Of a DNA stretch of 64,000 nt, positions 48,717 through 58,027 are shown piece after piece (positions within the stretch are counted from its first letter, which is position 1; each line of letters begins with the position of its first letter). The stretch covers positions 352,001 through 416,000 of the forward strand of contig CAVZQN010000001.1 in the NCBI GenBank assembly GCA_963777505.1. Reading direction: 5' to 3'. The notes beneath the pieces are model-generated. The model did no database searches. It had not been told where the DNA came from and saw only the letters and a list, made by a program, of their open reading frames with translations. The translations under genes and the position numbers were made by a program. The DNA comes from an uncultured bacterium (GTDB lineage: Bacteria; Acidobacteriota; HRBIN11; JAKEFK01).

Positions 48717-50087
48717 TTGAACACAAGAAAGGAAAATCTGGTCCTCTTTGTCAGTGTTGTTTTTTATACTCTCCCGTTTTACCTCCTTTCGCTTCAGTGT
48801 TTCTTTCACAATGACGATTTAATGAGCCTGAATACGTACGTCTTCCAGCCATTCAGCAACCTAATAATGGGGAATATATTTTTTTGGGATACGACCTATC
48901 GTCCTTTTGCGGGTGTGCTTTATTCAACTCTATTCCACTTTTTTGGAATGGATCCACTTCCTTACTACATAACAGGCTTTGTAATCCGGGTCGTAAATCT
49001 CGGTTTGCTTTTTTTACTTCTTACAAGAATTACGCAGAAACCCTTATTAGCTGCAATTACAACTGCCCTCTCAGCAATTCACTGGGAAACAAGCGATGCA
49101 ATCTATAACTTTGGGTCGGTTTTTGAGCTTCTCGCATTCTGCTTCTTCCTTGTCAGCTTCAATTTGTATTTGTCTTTTCTAAAAAGCGATCGAGCCGGAC
49201 GAAAATATTATTTAGCTGCAGTCCTTGCATATGTCTTTGCGCTAAACAGCAAAGAAATCGCAATTACATTGCCGGTCATCATTCTCATCTATGAATGGAT
49301 TTACAAACCTGGCGAAGAAAAACAGTGGAATCGCTTTCTGTGGCTTTTGCCTTTTTTTGGAATTGGAATCATTTATGCGTTAGGAAAGCTGTTTGGACAA
49401 GACACATATCTTGAAATTCCTGCATTTGAATATGTATGGGATGCTGAAGTTTTCAAAAATTTAGAGAAATATGTCGAAAAGCTTTTTTATAACCAGGTGG
49501 ACTTGAATACTTTTGGCGTGCTGCTTTTACTTCTGGCAGGTCTTGGTATTGCGCTGCTACTTCGCAGCAAAGAAATGACATTCGGGTTGATTTATTTTCT
49601 GATCACTTTGATTCCAGTAATTGGCTTGCGAAGATTCTGGGGACTTTATCTTTATATTCCGATGGCAGGCATCGTTTTGTATGGCATCGCATTTTTTGTA
49701 GAGCTTGGGAAACGGATCTTCAAAAGCCCTGTTCCAATGAAATTTGTTTACGGGGGGTTGATCCTATGGTTTGTTTTGTTGCTGACGATTCAATATCCAA
49801 AATTTGTTTCAGCAACTGAAAAATATTTCATTGGGCCGGGGAAGGCTAAACGGAATTTTTATCAACAGTTGCTCCGAGCATATCCCGATGTCCCACATAG
49901 TACAGCATTCGCATTTAAAAACGCGCCGTTGGATGGATACAATCTTCATTTTATTGTGTGGCTAAGTTATAAGGATCCATCCCTTCAAGTGTTCCGAGTG
50001 CCGGAGCAGCAGCATCAGTTTTTAGAAGTTAGGAAAACAGTGCCGTCTCATGTTTTTGAATACAACCCCAAAGACACCAAAAATTAG
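48717..50087 (+). CDS. Polytopic membrane protein (GT-C-like glycosyltransferase)
   Basis: DD after TM1, YRP, SKE.A and LY.P motifs; about 11 TM segments. Confidence 0.7.
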   Translation: MNTRKENLVLFVSVVFYTLPFYLLSLQCFFHNDDLMSLNTYVFQPFSNLIMGNIFFWDTTYRPFAGVLYSTLFHFFGMDPLPYYITGFVIRVVNLGLLFLLLTRITQKPLLAAITTALSAIHWETSDAIYNFGSVFELLAFCFFLVSFNLYLSFLKSDRAGRKYYLAAVLAYVFALNSKEIAITLPVIILIYEWIYKPGEEKQWNRFLWLLPFFGIGIIYALGKLFGQDTYLEIPAFEYVWDAEVFKNLEKYVEKLFYNQVDLNTFGVLLLLLAGLGIALLLRSKEMTFGLIYFLITLIPVIGLRRFWGLYLYIPMAGIVLYGIAFFVELGKRIFKSPVPMKFVYGGLILWFVLLLTIQYPKFVSATEKYFIGPGKAKRNFYQQLLRAYPDVPHSTAFAFKNAPLDGYNLHFIVWLSYKDPSLQVFRVPEQQHQFLEVRKTVPSHVFEYNPKDTKN

Positions 50088-50172
50088 TTCTCTGCGACTC
50101 TGCGGTTCGAACTAATTTTTAACGCCGAGTACGCCGAGTTTTTATTTTTACTTGGCGTCTTGGCGGTTGAGC
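50088..50172. repeat. REP-like family B cluster between convergent genes
   Basis: CTCTGCGACTCTGCGGTT, AACGCCGAGTACGCCGAG and CTTGGCGTCTTGGCGGTT. Confidence 0.7.
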
Positions 50173-50184
50173 TAAATCAATTCC

Positions 50185-50982
50185 TCATATCTTTTTCAGA
50201 ATTGTCTTCCACCGTTCCCAGCCTTCAGTCCTTGCTTTCTTATTTGCTTCAGTGCCTGCTGGATCTTCCCCGCTTCGCATAAAGCCGTGTCCGGCTCCTT
50301 CATAAGTGACTGGTTCAAAAGTTTTCCCTGCTTCCTTCATTGCTGCAGCGGTATCGGGGATTGTGGCATTGATGCGTGCATCATCGCTGCCGTAGAAACC
50401 GTAGACAGGACTTTTGATTCGTGCAATTTCATCTTTTGTGTGCTGAAAAGTCCCATAGAAAACGAATGCCGCTTTTAGATCCGGACGTCTTGTGGCAAAA
50501 CGTAAAGTTTGACCGCCGCCCCAACAGAATCCTCCTACTGCAAGTTTGCCATTGCTTGCTGGCACCTTGAGTACATAATCTGCTACGGCATTCAGATCAC
50601 TTTGAACCTGATCGGGTTGAAGCTTTGAGATCCCTTCCCTTGCCGCATCTTCACTGGCAAAGTCACTTGTCTTTCCACCGTTTGGTCCAGTGCCTGAAAG
50701 GAGATCTGGTGCAATCGCTATATAACCAGCTTCAGCCAGTTGATCGGTTACGCCCCGGACCCAATCAGTTAAGCCTTTATTTTCATGGATTACTACAACT
50801 GCAAGAGTTTTGTCTTTCGATTCAGGGTACGTAATAAAGCTATGAATCGTACGATCACCGTTCTTAACTTCAACCCATTCATGATGGCGTGGTGATTTTT
50901 CCAATCGTTCTTTGACAAAGTCTTGAGCCGCAAGCGGAACGGTTAATGTGAGTAATACGAATAATGCGAATGCTATTTTCAT
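50185..50982 (-). CDS. Dienelactone hydrolase family protein with signal peptide
   Basis: HE..GL, GFCWGG and GAGHGF; start MKIAF at 50982 preceded by GGAGG. Confidence 0.92.
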   Translation of the reverse strand: MKIAFALFVLLTLTVPLAAQDFVKERLEKSPRHHEWVEVKNGDRTIHSFITYPESKDKTLAVVVIHENKGLTDWVRGVTDQLAEAGYIAIAPDLLSGTGPNGGKTSDFASEDAAREGISKLQPDQVQSDLNAVADYVLKVPASNGKLAVGGFCWGGGQTLRFATRRPDLKAAFVFYGTFQHTKDEIARIKSPVYGFYGSDDARINATIPDTAAAMKEAGKTFEPVTYEGAGHGFMRSGEDPAGTEANKKARTEGWERWKTILKKI

Positions 50983-51013
50983 TCGACCTCCGTCAGGTTC
51001 TGGTTTAAAGAAA

Positions 51014-51895
51014 TTAACGCGCGTGAAGGAGTTCCACTTGTTCTTCGGCATGGTACGAGCTGCGGACAAGCGGACCCGATTCAACATGTCCGATACCGAG
51101 TGCTTCTCCTTTTGCTTTCCATACTCGAAATTCATCAGGATGATAAAACTTCTGAACCATGGCGTGCTTTTTTGTAGGCTGTAAGTATTGACCGAGAGTC
51201 AGAATATCCACTCCGACAGAGACAAGATCGCGAATCGTCTGTTCGAGTTCGGCATCATCTTCCCCTAATCCCAGCATGATTCCACTCTTTGTAATTGAGT
51301 CCGGATACCATGTTTTGGCCCGCCGCAAAAGTTCGAGTGTGATCGCGTAATCTCCACCCAGCCGGATTGTTGGATAAAGGCGCGGAACAGTTTCTGTGTT
51401 GTGATTTAAAATGTCTGGCTTCGCATCCATCACAGTTCGCAAAGCATCGGCATCGCCCTTGAAGTCGGGAATTAAAACCTCAATGTTGCATTGCGGAACG
51501 CGTCGCCGAATTTGCAAAATCGTTTGGGAAAAGATTTTTGCACCACCATCTGGCTGATCATCGCGATCCACCGATGTAATAACAGCATGACGCAATTGCA
51601 TCTTTTCAACCGCTTCTGCAACGCGGGAAGGCTCTTCCAAATCTAAAGAGACAGGCTTCCCTTTTGCGACCGCGCAGTATCTGCATCCGCGCGTGCAAGT
51701 GTCACCCAGAATCATGAATGTTGCTGTGCCGCGGTTCCAGCATTCGCCGATGTTCGGGCAATGAGCATCTTCGCAAACTGTATTGAGTTGAAGATCGCGC
51801 ATAATTCCTTTCAAGCGATGATATCCATCGCCCCCAGGAAATCGCGCTTTAATCCATTCGGGAAGTCGTTGGCGTGCGGGTTTCGTAGCGTCCAT
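51014..51895 (-). CDS. lipA: Lipoyl synthase
   Basis: CEDAHCPNIGEC, CTRGCRYC and RSSYHA. Confidence 0.97.
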   Translation of the reverse strand: MDATKPARQRLPEWIKARFPGGDGYHRLKGIMRDLQLNTVCEDAHCPNIGECWNRGTATFMILGDTCTRGCRYCAVAKGKPVSLDLEEPSRVAEAVEKMQLRHAVITSVDRDDQPDGGAKIFSQTILQIRRRVPQCNIEVLIPDFKGDADALRTVMDAKPDILNHNTETVPRLYPTIRLGGDYAITLELLRRAKTWYPDSITKSGIMLGLGEDDAELEQTIRDLVSVGVDILTLGQYLQPTKKHAMVQKFYHPDEFRVWKAKGEALGIGHVESGPLVRSSYHAEEQVELLHAR

Positions 51896-51900
51896 CTAAA

Positions 51901-52431
51901 TCAGCGCAGCAAATCCTTAATATGATAGATCATCCCCTCGCGAGTGTAGGCAGCCATTTCCAAAATTCCGGTATCCATTCGGATCGCGTCTTCAGGACAT
52001 GCTTCAACGCACAATCCGCAAAATACGCAGACACCGATATCAATATCAAACCGGACCGGACGCTTCTCGATATTCGGATCAGGATGATCTTCCCCTACGA
52101 TGTAAATACATTTTGCCGGACAAATTGTTTCGCACATCATGCAAGCGACACATCGTGGAGTTCCATCTTCCCGTTTTGTGAGTCTATGCAAACTCCGTAC
52201 TCTCGCTGAAAGCGGCCGGCGTTCTTCAGGATACTGATACGTTACTGACCCACGGCTCTTGGGTTTTAATCCAAATAAACGAGTTATATGAATACTTAAA
52301 TTGACAAAAAAATGTTTAGCCGTGATTCGCAATCCACGCATGATTTCAGGCAAATAGGATTGCTCTCGCGCAGACCGCTTGTTCACCGGCGCTACTTTCA
52401 TTACTTTAACTTTCAGTTCAGCTTTAGCCAT
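51901..52431 (-). CDS. nuoI: NADH-quinone oxidoreductase subunit I
   Basis: T.QYPEE and two CxxCxxCxxxCP motifs. Confidence 0.93.
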   Translation of the reverse strand: MAKAELKVKVMKVAPVNKRSAREQSYLPEIMRGLRITAKHFFVNLSIHITRLFGLKPKSRGSVTYQYPEERRPLSARVRSLHRLTKREDGTPRCVACMMCETICPAKCIYIVGEDHPDPNIEKRPVRFDIDIGVCVFCGLCVEACPEDAIRMDTGILEMAAYTREGMIYHIKDLLR

Positions 52432-53515
52432 GATAAGAATCCCAGATCATCAAGATAACCGCGGTTAAAAGAATATTCAACAGTGACAATGGAAGCATGA
52501 CTTTCCATCCAAGCTGCATCAGTTGATCATACCGGAAACGCGGTAGCGACCAACGGATCAACATGAACAACCACATAAAGAAACTTAATTTGATGAAAAA
52601 TGACGTAATTTGCAGAATAGAAACCCAGATTGGCGCCATCGTCATCACGTTGTTGCCGAAATGAAAACCATCAGCATGCAGAAATGGAACCTGCCATCCC
52701 CCAAAAAAGAGAAGTGTTGCAAGCGCGCCGATTAAAACAGTTTCAAGAAAATCGACAAGCATAAAGACGCCCCATTTCAAACCACTGTACTCGATAAAAT
52801 AACCGACAATTTCCGCTTCTCCTTCCGGCAAATCAAACGGATTGCGTTTCGTTTCAACAAGCCCGGCGGTTATGAACAATAGAAATCCGAGCGGCTGCAA
52901 AAATACACCCCATTTCGGATAAAAACCGAAAAGCAGCCCTTGCTGCTTCATTACAAGTTCCTGAGTATTGAAGGTCTGAAAAATCATCAGCAAGCCGATC
53001 ACTGTAGCGCCGAATGTAATTTCATATGAAAACATTTGCGCACTACCACGAAGACTTCCAAGCATTGCATAGTTGTTGTTAGATGAATAACCGGCAAACA
53101 CAACTCCATAAATGCCAAGCGACATCATTGCAAAAATAATTAACAGCGCAACACTGCTATTTACAATTACAAGATTCACTACATTGCCCCCAATCTGAAT
53201 CGTGTTTCCGATCGGGATCATCGCGAAGGAAACCAGAACACAGAACAAGGAAATCATTGGCGAGATTGTGTGCAGAAACTTATTGCCGCCCGGCGGAACC
53301 CAATCTTCTTTGAAGATCATTTTTAAAGAGTCAGCCGCAACTTGAAAAAGACCGAAAGCTTTGAATGGTCCAATATTCGCGCGATTTGCACCAATACGAT
53401 CTTGCATTACTGCACTTTGTTTTCGTTCCACCCAGGTCAGCAATGAACCAAGGTTCATCACCCAGAAAATCGTCACTGCGATTTTGATCACTGTTTCGAT
53501 TACAAGTGATTTCAT
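52424..53515 (-). CDS. nuoH: NADH-quinone oxidoreductase subunit H
   Basis: ERK....Q.R.G, AD..K...KE, R.PFDLPE.E.E and PRFRYDQ. Confidence 0.95.
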   Translation of the reverse strand: MKSLVIETVIKIAVTIFWVMNLGSLLTWVERKQSAVMQDRIGANRANIGPFKAFGLFQVAADSLKMIFKEDWVPPGGNKFLHTISPMISLFCVLVSFAMIPIGNTIQIGGNVVNLVIVNSSVALLIIFAMMSLGIYGVVFAGYSSNNNYAMLGSLRGSAQMFSYEITFGATVIGLLMIFQTFNTQELVMKQQGLLFGFYPKWGVFLQPLGFLLFITAGLVETKRNPFDLPEGEAEIVGYFIEYSGLKWGVFMLVDFLETVLIGALATLLFFGGWQVPFLHADGFHFGNNVMTMAPIWVSILQITSFFIKLSFFMWLFMLIRWSLPRFRYDQLMQLGWKVMLPLSLLNILLTAVILMIWDSYHG

Positions 53516-53524
53516 TTGATGTTC

Positions 53525-55156
53525 CTAATCGGCAGCTACAGCACCTTCAGGCACTTCATTAATGAGACGCCCTGAAAGTCCGATCGTCACATAGCTCATT
53601 CCTGAAAATGAAGCGAAACGGGAAGCAAGTTCGGCAAAAATTTCCGACGCTTGCGCCGATTTAATATCGGTACCTAATTTGCGTCCAATATCCCGAAGGA
53701 TTTCGAGAGTCGTTCGCGAGTCTTCAAGTGGCGCTACCGCAGGAAAAATCCGTTGCACGCGTCCTTGAAAATTCGTGAAGGTGCCTTCTTTTTCAGCATA
53801 TGTTGCCGCTGCAAGCACATGCGTTGCGAGTGGAACCGTTCCATTCAAATTTGTTCCGTGATACACGACAGTTTCAACATTCGCAAGAAGCTCGCGCACA
53901 GTATCATCACCGTAAATAGCGGCAAGATCAGAATGCATAATATACAAGAATTTCAAACGGCCGCTTCGCGCAAGATCCAAAACAGATTGAACTGAATAAT
54001 TGTTTTGTTCAGCCAGGATCAATTCCGCGCCTTTTGTATTTGGGTTCCTGTCCTTACGTAATAGAAAGCCATCTTCTTTTGCATCTTTTGGAATTGGCAA
54101 GGCATAAGACAGGCTGGGGATGCTGAGATGTTCAAAGAAAATCTTACGAGCGAGATAAAGCTCTTCATTTGTCATTTGAGGTGAGGTTATGATTGCAGCT
54201 GCAGCTGGACCACCTTCGAAAAGCGCTCGTTTCAAGCCATCAGCGACAGATGTCAATACGGTATCCCAATCGACAGGTTTTTCACCTTCCTTCGACTTGA
54301 TCAAAGGTTCAGCAATCCGATTTTCATCCAGCCAACGATAGTTATAACGGCCGACATCGCACATCCAGTATTTATTTACATGATCATTAAAGCGCGGCTT
54401 TAAACGCTGAATTCTTCTTCCTTCCGTTTTATAAGTGCGATCCGTGTTGTAGTTGATTCGGATATTGCAACCGGTTGAGCATCCAGGACAAACCGAAAAT
54501 TGCTCTTTCAAATACCAGACACTCATCTGGTATCGGAAATCACGATCAAGCAATGCACCTACTGGACAGATATCAACCACATTCCCTGAATAATTGTTAT
54601 CGAGTTGGCGTCCAGGATAGATATTGACTTCAGACCATGTACCCTTATTGAAGATTCCCAGTTCACCGGATTTTGAGATTTCATCTGTGAAGCGGATACA
54701 TCGCGAACAAAGCACGCAGCGTTCTTGATCCAGCATGACATGAGGACCGATTGGAAATGCTTTCTTCTTTTTTACTTTATCTTCACGCAGACGGCTATCA
54801 TGCTGGCCGAACTTCATATAATAATTTTGAAGTTCACATTCACCGGCACGATCACAAACAGGACAATCCAGCGGATGATTCAATAGCAGAAATTCAAGCA
54901 CCGAACGGCGGGCTTCTTTTACTTTGTCGGATTGTGTCCAGACAACCATTCCATCGTTTGCAACTGTGTTACAAGCAACTTGAAGCTTTGGCATCTTTTC
55001 GATTTCGACAAGACACATTCGGCAGGATCCAACGACACGTAAGCCCGGATGATAACAGTAACGTGGGACTTCGATTCCAAGCTCTTCGCAAGCCTGAATT
55101 ACTGTCCGGCCTTTATCAACTGTAATTTCGTGTCCGTCAATTTTGAATGTAGCCAC
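53525..55156 (-). CDS. nuoG: NADH-quinone oxidoreductase subunit G (short, 543 aa)
   Basis: CYHPGL..VGSCRMC (2Fe-2S), HPLDCPVCD.AGEC, CVLCSRC...CPVG and CPGCSTGC; molybdopterin-like C-terminus. Confidence 0.9.
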   Translation of the reverse strand: MATFKIDGHEITVDKGRTVIQACEELGIEVPRYCYHPGLRVVGSCRMCLVEIEKMPKLQVACNTVANDGMVVWTQSDKVKEARRSVLEFLLLNHPLDCPVCDRAGECELQNYYMKFGQHDSRLREDKVKKKKAFPIGPHVMLDQERCVLCSRCIRFTDEISKSGELGIFNKGTWSEVNIYPGRQLDNNYSGNVVDICPVGALLDRDFRYQMSVWYLKEQFSVCPGCSTGCNIRINYNTDRTYKTEGRRIQRLKPRFNDHVNKYWMCDVGRYNYRWLDENRIAEPLIKSKEGEKPVDWDTVLTSVADGLKRALFEGGPAAAAIITSPQMTNEELYLARKIFFEHLSIPSLSYALPIPKDAKEDGFLLRKDRNPNTKGAELILAEQNNYSVQSVLDLARSGRLKFLYIMHSDLAAIYGDDTVRELLANVETVVYHGTNLNGTVPLATHVLAAATYAEKEGTFTNFQGRVQRIFPAVAPLEDSRTTLEILRDIGRKLGTDIKSAQASEIFAELASRFASFSGMSYVTIGLSGRLINEVPEGAVAAD

Positions 55157-55160
55157 GTTT

Positions 55161-55237
55161 CAAAACCAAAAATTAAAAATTAAAGATCAAAAACGAGCTC
55201 CTCATTTTTGATTTTTTATCTTTCATTTTTTATTTTG
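55161..55237. repeat. AT-rich heptamer-built inverted repeat between nuoD and nuoG
   Basis: AAAAATT-like units mirrored by T-rich units around GAG-CTC-CTC. Confidence 0.6.
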
Positions 55238-55238
55238 T

Positions 55239-56606
55239 TCAGTGGTCTAGTTCGCCACCGATCATATTTATTGAACCAAACGCCGGAATAATATCTGCAA
55301 CTGAGAGGCCCAAAATCATTTTAGGAAATGCAGCAACAAAGTTATAGCACGGTGGGCGAACCCGTACGCGATACGGCTTATCACTGCCATCACTTACGAT
55401 ATAAAAACCAACTTCGCCATTTCCACCTTCGACGCACGCGTAAGCTTCTCCTTTCGGCGGACGCACTCCATGACCATACATGATCAACTTAAAATGATTC
55501 ATCAATCCTTCGATACTTTTGTACGATTTTTCCTTGGGAGGAATGACAACTCCTTTGACATCCGGATTTACGTTGTAATACTCATCTAATTCCTGTCCTT
55601 CAAGATTGGGTGAAACATTCACTTCGCGATCTGAAATTCCTGAGATACGCCCCATCTTTGCTTCATCGACTGTTACTGCAGACTCAATCGCCTTACCTTC
55701 CGCATCCACATTCACGGCGCCGCCTGGCATTTTTTCCAGCGCTTGTTCGATAATCCGCATGCTTTGCTGCATCTCTTCCATACGTACAAGATAGCGATCG
55801 TAACAATCACCATTCTCACCAACAGGAATTTCAAAATCCAATTCATCATAAACATGATATGGATACGCGCGGCGTACATCATATGGAACCCCGCTGGCAC
55901 GCAGCATGGGTCCGGTAAATGCATACCCAATTGCATCTTCTTTAGAAATAATTCCAATACCTTGCAAGCGATCCATAAAAATTCGGTTTTTCGTTACAAG
56001 CCCGTCACATTCTACAAGCGTTTCGCGAATTCTTTTGAGTTGAAAACGACATCGATCATTGAATCCTGGAGGTAAGTCTGCTTTTACCCCACCAACGCGT
56101 GCATAACTTACTGTAATTCTTGCGCCGGTCACATCTTCAACAAGTTCATAAAGCCACTCGCGCGCTTTCATCATGTACAAAAATACAGTGAATGCATTTA
56201 ACTCCATGGCAGAAGCACCAATACAAGTCAGGTGATCGGTGATTCTTGAAATTTCACTCATGACTACCCGAACGTATTCGCAACGTTCTGTGACTTTAAC
56301 ACCCAGTAATTTCTCAACAGCCATGGCATAGCCAAAGTTATTAATCAGCGGTGAAACGTAATTCAGGCGGTCTGTCCATGGAATAACCTGGTTATATGTA
56401 ACGCTTTCCGAATGTTTTTCAAATGCGCGATGAAGGTATCCGATTTCCATCTTCGCATCGCGGACGACTTCACCTTCCAATTCAAGTACAATCCTGACAA
56501 TTCCATGCATTGCAGGATGTGAAGGCCCCATGTTTAGCATCATGTTGCCAGATGGTTCTTTTGCAATGAGCTCGCTTTCTATTATTTTTGGTTCTGTTTT
56601 GCTCAT
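55239..56606 (-). CDS. nuoD: NADH-quinone oxidoreductase subunit D with an internal insertion
   Basis: NMGPSHPAMHG, GYLHR.FEK, DRLNY and C-terminal GGELD; ATGA overlap with nuoC. Confidence 0.95.
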   Translation of the reverse strand: MSKTEPKIIESELIAKEPSGNMMLNMGPSHPAMHGIVRIVLELEGEVVRDAKMEIGYLHRAFEKHSESVTYNQVIPWTDRLNYVSPLINNFGYAMAVEKLLGVKVTERCEYVRVVMSEISRITDHLTCIGASAMELNAFTVFLYMMKAREWLYELVEDVTGARITVSYARVGGVKADLPPGFNDRCRFQLKRIRETLVECDGLVTKNRIFMDRLQGIGIISKEDAIGYAFTGPMLRASGVPYDVRRAYPYHVYDELDFEIPVGENGDCYDRYLVRMEEMQQSMRIIEQALEKMPGGAVNVDAEGKAIESAVTVDEAKMGRISGISDREVNVSPNLEGQELDEYYNVNPDVKGVVIPPKEKSYKSIEGLMNHFKLIMYGHGVRPPKGEAYACVEGGNGEVGFYIVSDGSDKPYRVRVRPPCYNFVAAFPKMILGLSVADIIPAFGSINMIGGELDH

Positions 56607-57088
56607 CGAATGCCTTTCCAAATTGGTTTCACACGAGGTTGTCGTTTGTTAATCGGATAATCTTTGCGAAGTGGATGACCTTCGAATTCCTCATACATCA
56701 GAAGCCGGCGCAAGTCAGGATGATTTGTGAATTTGATTCCAAACATATCCCACACTTCACGCTCTAACCAGTTCGCAATCGGCCACAGCGAAACGACAGA
56801 TTTGACTTCCTCACCTTCTGAAACGGGAGTCTTAATCCTGATGCGGATATTTTTCTGCAAAGAATTCAAATGATAGACGACTTCAAAACGGGGCTCCTGA
56901 CCAAGATAATCTACAGCGCTTAGATCGGAGAGCATGTCGAATTCAAATTCAACTTTTAAAAGCTTCAGCACATCAAAGACGCTTTCGCGGCGCACTAAAA
57001 TTGTGTCATCACCACAGTAGGAATGAAAACCTAGAACATCTTTGGATACTTTCGCACGGATGGCTTGAATTAGAGTGCTTTCTTCCAT
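56603..57088 (-). CDS. nuoC: NADH-quinone oxidoreductase subunit C
   Basis: RFEVVYHL, ANWLEREVWDMFG and GHPLRKDYP. Confidence 0.95.
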   Translation of the reverse strand: MEESTLIQAIRAKVSKDVLGFHSYCGDDTILVRRESVFDVLKLLKVEFEFDMLSDLSAVDYLGQEPRFEVVYHLNSLQKNIRIRIKTPVSEGEEVKSVVSLWPIANWLEREVWDMFGIKFTNHPDLRRLLMYEEFEGHPLRKDYPINKRQPRVKPIWKGIR

Positions 57089-57103
57089 CGGATTAATCTC
57101 GCG

Positions 57104-57586
57104 TTATACAATCGCCTGTTTTTCGTTCTGAATTTTATTTTGTAATTTGATTAAACCATCCAGGACAGTTTCAGGCCGCGGAGGGCATCCCGGGATATAC
57201 AAATCAACAGGTACAATTGTGTCAATACCCTGGACCGTTGCGTAATCATCGTAAAAACCACCGGTACATGTACAGACACCAAAGGCAACAACCCATTTCG
57301 GATTACACATTTGTTCGTAAACGCGCTGAAGTACTGGAGCCAGTTTGTGACTGATTGTTCCAACAACAAATAAAACATCCGCCTGCCGCGGTGAAAATCG
57401 AGGAAGACCTGCACCAAAGCGATCGATATCGTAGTGCGCGCAACTGACAGACATATATTCCATGCCGCAGCACGCAGTTACGAAGGGATATTGAAAGATT
57501 GAAAACTTGCGCGCCCAACCGATCACATCGGAAAGTTTTGATGTAAAAAATCCATCACCAGCCAGAACTTTATCTACTTGTTCCAC
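57104..57586 (-). CDS. nuoB: NADH-quinone oxidoreductase subunit B
   Basis: TACC, SPRQAD and PGCPPRPE; GTG start at 57586 with AGGAG RBS. Confidence 0.95.
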   Translation of the reverse strand: MEQVDKVLAGDGFFTSKLSDVIGWARKFSIFQYPFVTACCGMEYMSVSCAHYDIDRFGAGLPRFSPRQADVLFVVGTISHKLAPVLQRVYEQMCNPKWVVAFGVCTCTGGFYDDYATVQGIDTIVPVDLYIPGCPPRPETVLDGLIKLQNKIQNEKQAIV

Positions 57587-57930
57587 GACAAGACTCCTTT
57601 CTTCCACGAATACACCAATGTCAAAAACAATAGTCCTAAGAATATTCCCATGCTTATGAATGCTTGTATTCCAAGTTCTCTAAAAACAAGTGCCCAGGGA
57701 AATAAGAATGTTAATTCAACATCAAACACGACGAAGAGAAGAGCAACAAGATAAAACTGAACTGGAATGTGCCCTTTTACGATCCGGAAGGGTATCTCAC
57801 CCATTTCAAAAGGTTCCGCCTTAACAGGCGACATACTTTTTGGACCTAAAACACTTGTGATCCAGATAACAAGGCCGGCGAGTCCACCGACAATCAGTGC
57901 CATCAGCGAAAGCGCAACGAGATTATTCAT
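57574..57930 (-). CDS. nuoA: NADH-quinone oxidoreductase subunit A
   Basis: K..PFE.G, FY..A.LF..FDVE..FL.PWA and Y.WKKG.L.W. Confidence 0.95.
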   Translation of the reverse strand: MNNLVALSLMALIVGGLAGLVIWITSVLGPKSMSPVKAEPFEMGEIPFRIVKGHIPVQFYLVALLFVVFDVELTFLFPWALVFRELGIQAFISMGIFLGLLFLTLVYSWKKGVLSWNK

Positions 57931-58027
57931 TCGAGTGTTTCCTGAAACCGCACGCTGCCCGCTGCGGGGATTGCAGGCAATATAAAGTCCGCTTTTAGAA
58001 GATCTTACGAGGCGAACTTCAATGGAA

